A stretch of 64,000 nucleotides of DNA from a virus: the IMG/VR virus record IMGVR_UViG_3300037245_003639; one strand, 5' to 3'. This document shows, one piece after another, positions 52,235 through 59,512 of this stretch. The position numbers and the translations under genes were made by a program. The notes below the pieces were generated by a model. It was not told the DNA's origin and did no database searches. It saw nothing but the letters and a program-made list of their open reading frames with translations. The stretch's first letter is position 1; each line of letters begins with the position of its first letter.

Positions 52235-55200
52235 ATGGAGTCCCAAATGTCCTTCCGATATCAATTCAATAAAAAAGCCATGTTTGTCCATGGCGAAGGC
52301 GACCAAATTGTTGCTTACCGCGATAAAATATGGCTGCTGAGTCGTAACGACGACGAAGCCAATGTCCCTATTATGGAAGACATCGAGAAAACGCTCGCAT
52401 TTGAGCCATTAGGAGATGTCCATGATTTGCTGGGAGCTATTAGGGACAATCGCCCTGATGTTCTGACAGGTTTTATCGAAGGTGACCAGTTGAATATCAA
52501 CGTCGGTAGCGACTGGCGTTTTGGTCGAGGGTCTCACCTTCTTCAGAAAGTCATGGAGGAACTTGGACTAAGAGAAGTCATCTATACCAACCTTGAAGGA
52601 GAGGAATACGAAACCACTCACGGTTCAGAAATCACTGGCCAAATGCCCAAGTATCTCTATCATGGAACTACATCAGAGAACGCTTTCGGCATACTGCGTT
52701 TCGGACTCGCTCCTGACAGAGCCGATACAAATTACCCCAGTAAAGGCGGTAATCCACCCATTGAACATTATGACAAAGTATTCCTCACGGAAGATATCCA
52801 GAATGCTGAGTATCACGCTTTCAATGCGGTAACTCGCGATATCCAACCTGGAATGCCTGGGCAATATGACGTTAACAACCAAGGCCGAGGATTCCCGGTT
52901 ATCTTCCAGTTTCAAATTCCTGATCCAAATCTCTTAATCGCAGATTTAGATGTTGAACATATGTCGGATACTCCTACCGGGCACTATGATTATGTGCCTG
53001 AAAGGAGAGAGCACGATCCCCAAATTAAAGAATCCCCCGAGCAATTCTCTAAGCAAGTTGGGCTTCTGGGATATAAAGGTCGTATCCCTGCGAACTTCAT
53101 TACTGACATCATGGTCTGGATCGGCGACACAGAAAAAACCTATGGCTTTGATGAGGACAACTGGCAAAGAGTAGAGGCCGAGCAACTTGAACGAGCATTG
53201 GAGTGGGGCGACATTCAAGGCATCTATTACGATCCTGAAGAGGATGAAGACTACTGTGCTGAATGCGGTAGTATGCGTGATGATGAAGGCCGCTGTGAAT
53301 GCGAGGAACCTGAAGTTGAGTCCATAGCAAGACAAGCTATGGTCAAAACCGCTCGCACGAAAAAGATAGTTAATGCACTTGCGGAAACTAAAACCGAAAG
53401 TTATTTGATTCACGATATTGACCGCTACATCTCAGATGATATTGCCATCAATATTACTTTCCAAGAAACAAAGCATCGTTATTCCGTGGGCGTATACAGC
53501 ACTAACTATAAGGTTGGAGTTTCCGGCTATCAAGAATACTGGCATTATGATCGTAGCGACCGAGCGCAGGCCCTAAAGACTTACAACTCTATCGTCGCTG
53601 TGATAGCCGAAATGGTAGAAGAAATCGAGTTCAATGCTATCCCGCACACTTTGGCTAAGCCTTTTTTGGTAAAACGTCTCGATAAAATCGACGTGGAGCA
53701 CAAAGAACGAAGTGGCGTGTATCATTACAATTGGTTCGCCGCAGAGGCTGAAAAAGAAGAAGACTGGCGCTCAACCATTTATGGCAAACGGTATCCTGTT
53801 GCTCCTTACTTAGAGCGGTTAGACCACAACTGGAATGAGCCCGGGCAAAGCAGTGCTATTGAAACTAAAGGCCAAAGCAGGCACAAAACATATCAATTCC
53901 GTTATGCGTCAAGCAAGACAAGTCTGACTAAAGACGGAGGCAAGGGTCTAGGATTCTTACTCGGTTTGTCACCTGGATTATTGGGTGCCTTTCTAATGTG
54001 GGCTGCTCATATTAAGGGGCTACCACAAGAAGAAGTTATTCAGCAGGCCAATGAGAATCCTCAAATGCTCGCTCCTATTGTTCATGAGTTTAAGGAGTAC
54101 GCTGAAGTTCCCCTGTACGAGGAACCACTAGAAGCCATCACAGCCCCTACCGAGACCACTTCTTTTGACGATGCTTTAGCCGTCACATTGCAACATGAAG
54201 GTGGCTACGTCAAAAATGAGGTTGAGGAATCTTACCGAGGTGTTCGACGAATAACCTACGAGAGATATCTGGAGCAGCGGGGTTTACCGACTGACAATAT
54301 AGACATGCATAACATTCCAGAAGAGCATCTTCAGGATATTTATCGCACAATGTATTGGGATGCTTCAGGGGCAAACGAATTATCTCCACTTTTGGCTCAG
54401 CAAGTATTTGATTTTGCAGTCAATTCTGGCTCAGGCCGAGCAACACGTTATCTTCAAGGGATTATTGGAGTTGGTCAGGACGGGATTTTCGGCCCAAAAA
54501 CAAAAGCAGCCACAGAAGCCTATATCACCAAACATGGCGAGGAAGCCTTGGCCCAAGAGTACATTCATCGCCGTCGTGCTTTTATAACAGAGTCTGAGAA
54601 GATTCCTGACAAACTCAAGCCAGGGTTATTGAACCGTATTGATGCTATGGAACAATTGATTTCTCCCGCGAAAGAGATGCCCATCAAACCAAACTCTCCC
54701 GAACGTCGTTCCAGGGATGTTCCTGAACGTTTGATTCGTCCATTCTGGAGCAACCAGATTCATATACTGAATGATGGCAAAGAGGCTCAAGCCAAACCTA
54801 TGGCCTTAGAGCCAGGGGCTTACAAAGACGAGCCCATTCCGCACAGGTGGGTCAGCCATTTAGATGCCGCTCCGACGCCATATGGCATAATCCCTCAAAA
54901 ACAAGATCCGAAAGAAATTGAAGAGATGTATGCAGGCGTTCACGCTACTCCCAATATCAACATCGCCGCAATTTATGCGAACAACAGGGGGACAAAAAAA
55001 GATCCACCCGTTGTGATTGAGTTTGCCACTAAGCAATCTTGGGAACCTGACGTGGATATCGATACTCCAAGCGCTCGCGCTCAAATGGAGAGTATTCACG
55101 AACAAATTCAGGAAATCGATGGCCTTGGAGAACATATTGAGAGGTTCGAAGAGACCAACGAAATCGACTGGGAATATATCGAGGAGGTGTTCGATAAAAT

Positions 55201-55909
55201 CGAATCTAACGACGAATATCCCGATGTCTATGAGACCGATTATTCCAATTTTGATGTAAGTGACTACTTGCAAGAGAATGCTCAACGCGCTACACTCTCG
55301 GACTTGGCTGAGTTTTTCAGGACATTCTACGCGGAAGAAGATGACAGACAAGGCGTCTTTGATTTCCAACCTCCCCGGCACCTATTGGGTTTCTACGAAT
55401 GGTATCTAGCACCACTTTTCACAGGTCATGGAACCCTCGATGCGCGAATCGACGCTTGGTTTCTGAACCAGATGCGGTTTATGGACCCAATAAATGAGGA
55501 CGAAATCCTTGCTATTTACGAAGTTACCCGCTATAATCCAGAGGTATATGACTCCTGGAATCCCGAGACCGGCGAGGATGACGCTCGGGAGGAAGACGAT
55601 GAGGGTCGTCAGCTTGTCTCTCTGGAAGAAACGAATTATTGGGAACCGTCATTATCAAAGATTTGGGAATCGCCAACTGCCGATGCCAACCGCCAAAAAC
55701 AAACCTCTTACTACCATGGAACATCACTCAACCGAGCCCAAAAGGCCCTCAGTGGCATTCTTGATGTCCGCTCTGCCGCTTCAGAACTTGTGGTCAAACA
55801 TGGCCGGCATTGGGGAAAGATTGCCACGGAATTACGGCGGCGCGGCTTGCCCAAAACAGTGATAGCGAGCGTAAATGAGCAGTTTTTGAGAAATTTACGC
55901 ACCGCCTAA
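52235..55909 (+). CDS. giant multidomain protein with a GH108-type lysozyme and a peptidoglycan-binding domain, flanked by PARP-like (ART) segments
   Basis: The central LAVTLQHEGGYVKN...YRGV is the GH108 EGGY signature. It is followed by a PG_binding_3-like region (FDFAVNSG...GQDGIFGPKTKAA). YLYHGTTSENAFGILRFGL at the N-terminus and YYHGTSLNRAQKALSGIL near the C-terminus resemble the H-G-S/T...GIL catalytic start of the PARP at 59513. The start could be 52235 or 52247. Confidence 0.55.
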   Translation: MESQMSFRYQFNKKAMFVHGEGDQIVAYRDKIWLLSRNDDEANVPIMEDIEKTLAFEPLGDVHDLLGAIRDNRPDVLTGFIEGDQLNINVGSDWRFGRGSHLLQKVMEELGLREVIYTNLEGEEYETTHGSEITGQMPKYLYHGTTSENAFGILRFGLAPDRADTNYPSKGGNPPIEHYDKVFLTEDIQNAEYHAFNAVTRDIQPGMPGQYDVNNQGRGFPVIFQFQIPDPNLLIADLDVEHMSDTPTGHYDYVPERREHDPQIKESPEQFSKQVGLLGYKGRIPANFITDIMVWIGDTEKTYGFDEDNWQRVEAEQLERALEWGDIQGIYYDPEEDEDYCAECGSMRDDEGRCECEEPEVESIARQAMVKTARTKKIVNALAETKTESYLIHDIDRYISDDIAINITFQETKHRYSVGVYSTNYKVGVSGYQEYWHYDRSDRAQALKTYNSIVAVIAEMVEEIEFNAIPHTLAKPFLVKRLDKIDVEHKERSGVYHYNWFAAEAEKEEDWRSTIYGKRYPVAPYLERLDHNWNEPGQSSAIETKGQSRHKTYQFRYASSKTSLTKDGGKGLGFLLGLSPGLLGAFLMWAAHIKGLPQEEVIQQANENPQMLAPIVHEFKEYAEVPLYEEPLEAITAPTETTSFDDALAVTLQHEGGYVKNEVEESYRGVRRITYERYLEQRGLPTDNIDMHNIPEEHLQDIYRTMYWDASGANELSPLLAQQVFDFAVNSGSGRATRYLQGIIGVGQDGIFGPKTKAATEAYITKHGEEALAQEYIHRRRAFITESEKIPDKLKPGLLNRIDAMEQLISPAKEMPIKPNSPERRSRDVPERLIRPFWSNQIHILNDGKEAQAKPMALEPGAYKDEPIPHRWVSHLDAAPTPYGIIPQKQDPKEIEEMYAGVHATPNINIAAIYANNRGTKKDPPVVIEFATKQSWEPDVDIDTPSARAQMESIHEQIQEIDGLGEHIERFEETNEIDWEYIEEVFDKIESNDEYPDVYETDYSNFDVSDYLQENAQRATLSDLAEFFRTFYAEEDDRQGVFDFQPPRHLLGFYEWYLAPLFTGHGTLDARIDAWFLNQMRFMDPINEDEILAIYEVTRYNPEVYDSWNPETGEDDAREEDDEGRQLVSLEETNYWEPSLSKIWESPTADANRQKQTSYYHGTSLNRAQKALSGILDVRSAASELVVKHGRHWGKIATELRRRGLPKTVIASVNEQFLRNLRTA

Positions 55910-56032
55910 AACTTGAAGATAAGGGTGATAAAACAAGCCATAGGTAGTCTCAAACCCGTATACCACTAGTTATAGTGACCTTGTAGAAACTCAATGAATA
56001 CTACATTAAAGCTGGAAAGTGCAATAAAAAGC

Positions 56033-56061
56033 TTGACACGACTTGTCAAGCCCTGTAATGT
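56033..56061 (+). promoter_or_regulatory. sigma70-type promoter (TTGACA-17-TAATGT) embedded in the palindrome CTTGACAcgacTTGTCAAG
   Basis: gcTTGACAcgacttgtcaagccctgTAATGT. Confidence 0.55.
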
Positions 56062-56135
56062 CTATCGACGGGGTCAACGGGGGATTGGTAATAAGACCAA
56101 AAATGTAAGTTCATTAGGACGAACGGAGAAAGACG

Positions 56136-57113
56136 ATGGCGACGGCAATAAGGAAAAGAAAACAGCCCCCGGCTAAGCCCCAAATTCCTTTGCAAGGAAG
56201 AAGGGCCAACCGAATAGCTCTGGACTTTACAAGAGGTCAGGGACCAAATCGCCGCACATTTTACAAGTGCGGCGTACTCGAAGCCGCAAGACGGCATCAG
56301 CTTCCGCTAAGAGTGGTTGATAAGAATGGCGTTGTACACCTCATTCCGCCTGACCGCATGGTTCACCGACCCCAACTCGATGACAAATTCGGTGATGCCC
56401 ATGAATTGTCAGGACAGGGCAAATACATCGACAACGATGCCCTCAGCGGGCGAGGCCAAAACACAACCGTAACCGGCGCTCAATATGTCAACCCGTATCT
56501 GGCCGAAGACCGTTCCTACCATACCATCATTCAGTGCTTCCATCATCTTGCAAAACAGACCATCACCAGATTGTCGGCTCGCTTTGCGCGTGATCGCGTC
56601 AACGGTCAACATCTGCTGTGGCAAGGTAAATCCGCTGTGGACGGAGCAGTAGCTGTCTCACCCTGGATCACCGAGGACGAATTGTGGGAGCTGGCCAACA
56701 ACCTCAATCCGGGTTTGAAGGCTCTACTCCGCAAATCCAAAGCCGCCATCAAGAAGGGCGTCAAGAAGCATCAGACGCCGAGAGGCAAATTCGGCGACAA
56801 CCTAAATGTTCTTCGTCGTGCGCGACGGACATTCCGGACAGCGACAGGTGAAACCGAGTATCGCGGCGGTGAGACACCTTACGGAGTCCCGTTGGAGCAA
56901 TGTGGTTTTGCCATCGACATGTTCTTCCTCACGACAGGCTACGACGAGGGTCTAGAAGTAGGCGAATACCACTTCCGTCTCGCCTATGGTCGAAATACGC
57001 CGTGGATACTGTATTATCGTGACTGGCAAGGCATGGGAACCCAAGACCGCATCGCGTTCCTCAACAACAAAATCCGCACAGACGTAATCCAGCGATACGA
57101 TCAGCAGACTTAG
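56136..57113 (+). CDS. hypothetical protein (325 aa)
   Basis: GGAG RBS, no confident motif. Confidence 0.45.
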   Translation: MATAIRKRKQPPAKPQIPLQGRRANRIALDFTRGQGPNRRTFYKCGVLEAARRHQLPLRVVDKNGVVHLIPPDRMVHRPQLDDKFGDAHELSGQGKYIDNDALSGRGQNTTVTGAQYVNPYLAEDRSYHTIIQCFHHLAKQTITRLSARFARDRVNGQHLLWQGKSAVDGAVAVSPWITEDELWELANNLNPGLKALLRKSKAAIKKGVKKHQTPRGKFGDNLNVLRRARRTFRTATGETEYRGGETPYGVPLEQCGFAIDMFFLTTGYDEGLEVGEYHFRLAYGRNTPWILYYRDWQGMGTQDRIAFLNNKIRTDVIQRYDQQT

Positions 57114-57529
57114 TTGGGCTCGCCCGGTGATACGGCGTGTTCGCCGCCGGGCATGACTGCTACTGTTAGATGTAGTGGGACTAAAGGTTGTGCAGGCAAC
57201 CCAAGAGCCTGACGAATCTGCAATAAACCTTCACATTCTACCGGCAACCAGAGATGCTTGTCATTCGTGACAAGTTGGTGGGCATATCCAAACTGCATCT
57301 CTCTGTTCTGGTACGGTAGAATCTTTCCTTCCTCTACCAGTTCTTGTCTCATAACTGTAATATGCGGCCCCCATGCTGGAGGCATCATGGCCGCATAGCG
57401 ACAAGTGAACTTGCGACATAGGTAACGATGATACCGAGCAAGCTCAGTGCAACATTCCACGAGCATCCACCAGTAACCGGGTCTAGCCCGAGATGGAATC
57501 ACTTTAATGTTTCCGCTTGACAATCTCAT
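57110..57529 (-). CDS. 2H phosphoesterase superfamily protein (LigT/CPDase or Acb1-like fold)
   Basis: Two H-x-T-x motifs (GPHITVM and PLHLTVAV). This is a minus-strand gene inside the plus block and is leaderless behind promoter 57536..57564. Confidence 0.5.
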   Translation of the reverse strand: MRLSSGNIKVIPSRARPGYWWMLVECCTELARYHRYLCRKFTCRYAAMMPPAWGPHITVMRQELVEEGKILPYQNREMQFGYAHQLVTNDKHLWLPVECEGLLQIRQALGLPAQPLVPLHLTVAVMPGGEHAVSPGEPN

Positions 57530-57545
57530 GGCTACAGCGTATTCT
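57517..57545 (+). promoter_or_regulatory. sigma70-type promoter (TTGACA-17-TATTCT)
   Basis: cgcTTGACAatctcatggctacagcgTATTCT. Its -10 overlaps the -10 of the opposing minus promoter. Confidence 0.55.
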
Positions 57546-57564
57546 ACACGAGTAAGATTGTCAA
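57536..57564 (-). promoter_or_regulatory. sigma70-type promoter (TTGACA-17-TACGCT) for the 2H phosphoesterase gene
   Basis: ccaTTGACAatcttactcgtgtagaaTACGCT. Confidence 0.5.
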
Positions 57565-57577
57565 TGGAGACCTTAGC

Positions 57578-58054
57578 ATGGCTGTTGAATTTACACATGG
57601 CGGAAAGACCTACTCGGTGGTCTTTGACACAAAGCAACATCGAACCAGGAATCTCCAGAAAAGAGGGATTCTACAACCCCGCAAAACCCAAGCCAAGCGG
57701 ACTGCGGACCCGCTAACCCGCCGATGTACTCATTGCACCGTTAAGGATGGCGAAAAGCCGATTGCCAACGGGATGGCAGTCTGTAGTCCCACGGACAAGT
57801 TCGATAACAGGACTGGCCAGAAGATGGCATTACGGCGAGCGATTAGTCGGGCTCGACAAGACAGAACCCGTCAACTAATAGTTGACAGGACGCTGCCGAC
57901 TGCCGAAAACATTGTCTCTCTTGACAAGGGACTAACGCCAGTTTTAGATCGAGATTGGGCCGCAGAAGCGTGGCAAGCTCTATTTGATTCGCAAACCATC
58001 AACGCCAGAGCCGCGCGACAACGTGCAAAGAAACAGACCGAGAAACACGCTTGA
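57578..58054 (+). CDS. hypothetical basic protein
   Basis: GGAG RBS, 158 aa. Confidence 0.45.
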   Translation: MAVEFTHGGKTYSVVFDTKQHRTRNLQKRGILQPRKTQAKRTADPLTRRCTHCTVKDGEKPIANGMAVCSPTDKFDNRTGQKMALRRAISRARQDRTRQLIVDRTLPTAENIVSLDKGLTPVLDRDWAAEAWQALFDSQTINARAARQRAKKQTEKHA

Positions 58055-58079
58055 CTTTCTACAAGACTCCTGATAGTCT
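58051..58079 (+). promoter_or_regulatory. sigma70-type promoter (TTGACT-17-TAGTCT)
   Basis: cgcTTGACTttctacaagactcctgaTAGTCT. Confidence 0.45.
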
Positions 58080-58102
58080 ATATAGAGAGAAAGGATACAA
58101 GC

Positions 58103-58339
58103 GTGCCTAAGAACCAACAACCAACGCCCAAAAAACAGGCTCTTTGCATAGTCACCCAAGAGACCCAAAGGGGAGACAGGCTTGTTGCCACTACTGCTCT
58201 CTTCAATCCAAGATTGCGCGACGTTGACAACACCACTATCCTTGTGATGGCCAATTTCTTTGTCAAAACTCTTGCTAGAAGAGTGGGACCAGAACGAGCC
58301 CAAGAGCTTATCGCTGCAAGTTTGATGGGTAATTTATAA
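58103..58339 (+). CDS. hypothetical protein (GTG start)
   Basis: 78-aa ORF with an AGAAAGGA RBS. Confidence 0.4.
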   Translation: MPKNQQPTPKKQALCIVTQETQRGDRLVATTALFNPRLRDVDNTTILVMANFFVKTLARRVGPERAQELIAASLMGNL

Positions 58340-58343
58340 AATT

Positions 58344-58790
58344 ATGACAGACAGCAACGTGGATGACAGACAGCCTACGACCGTATTGGCTCGGCAGGCT
58401 ATCAAAAAAGCGCTCAAGGAAGTAGAATGGTGGAAACTTGTTCACGATGAAGTGAAAAAAGCCTTACATCTCATCATTGAACATATAGATACGCTTGGAA
58501 CACCTTTTCGAGATTCGTTTCGGGCAGCCTGTCAACTCGAAGCCATCCGTCGAGTAATACTCCAACAAAGCGGGGATGATAGCCCTAGTATCGTGTTCGG
58601 CTCAAAACTCCCAGAAGAAAAATACCAAAGCTCAAAGGCACCCGTAAAGTTATTGCTGGGATTAAATGACTGGTTTGATCCTAATGAAGCTGATGTTCAA
58701 TCTTGTTATTTAATCTGTGACCATGTGAACATTCTGGAACGACTAGATGTCATCGAAGGTCAAGATAAAAGCGGACCAAATGAAGAATAG
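58344..58790 (+). CDS. hypothetical protein
   Basis: 148-aa ORF. Confidence 0.45.
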   Translation: MTDSNVDDRQPTTVLARQAIKKALKEVEWWKLVHDEVKKALHLIIEHIDTLGTPFRDSFRAACQLEAIRRVILQQSGDDSPSIVFGSKLPEEKYQSSKAPVKLLLGLNDWFDPNEADVQSCYLICDHVNILERLDVIEGQDKSGPNEE

Positions 58791-58801
58791 GGAGCTTCCG
58801 C

Positions 58802-59443
58802 ATGATCAGCGAGGCCCAACTGCTCAAACAATGGGGAAACGACAGATTGGGTCTGGCAGCATTCCTGGGTTCAGCACTCAGTCACATTCCATCGTTAACC
58901 GATCCTTTTTGTAGCAGCTTCGGAGAAACTCTGTTTGCGAAACTAAGGATGTGCGAACGCATCGACCACTTGTACAACAAAATCGAACATCGACACAGAG
59001 AAAAAAAGGAGTTCCAAAAAACTGTAATATTCGGCTACCGAGATAAAATCGCATTCATCGAAGACAAAATCGGGGATTATGGTCATCTCTGCCTGATGAT
59101 GCTTCGCGATTTAGACCCTCCGAATCAAGTCTACGCTATTCGAATTTATACCGATGGCTCAGATTGTCCTCCTTTCTTATTGTCCACTTGGACTGACAAA
59201 TTTCCGACTTTCGAGAATGTCGCTGGTTATTGTAAACATGTGGTTCATAATAGCAGCAGTGAAAACGAAAGTGATTATGAACATGTTTGCGACCACGATG
59301 AAACCTTCTGGAATTTCGTATGCAATGACGAAGGTCTAAAAGTCTGGGAGCACTCCGAAGGGTTCATGGACTTACGTATGACCCGACGCATCGCCAAGCT
59401 TACCGAATGGACGAGCAATATGCTCGGATTCCAGGAAAGTTGA
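58802..59443 (+). CDS. hypothetical protein
   Basis: 213-aa ORF. Confidence 0.45.
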   Translation: MISEAQLLKQWGNDRLGLAAFLGSALSHIPSLTDPFCSSFGETLFAKLRMCERIDHLYNKIEHRHREKKEFQKTVIFGYRDKIAFIEDKIGDYGHLCLMMLRDLDPPNQVYAIRIYTDGSDCPPFLLSTWTDKFPTFENVAGYCKHVVHNSSSENESDYEHVCDHDETFWNFVCNDEGLKVWEHSEGFMDLRMTRRIAKLTEWTSNMLGFQES

Positions 59444-59457
59444 TTTTCTATAAAGGC

Positions 59458-59486
59458 TTGACAATCTTCCGAAAACTTGGTAATCT
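59458..59486 (+). promoter_or_regulatory. sigma70-type promoter (TTGACA-17-TAATCT)
   Basis: ggcTTGACAatcttccgaaaacttggTAATCT, then ggagatcctgcATG. Confidence 0.6.
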
Positions 59487-59512
59487 TCCGTAGTGTCAAT
59501 CGGAGATCCTGC

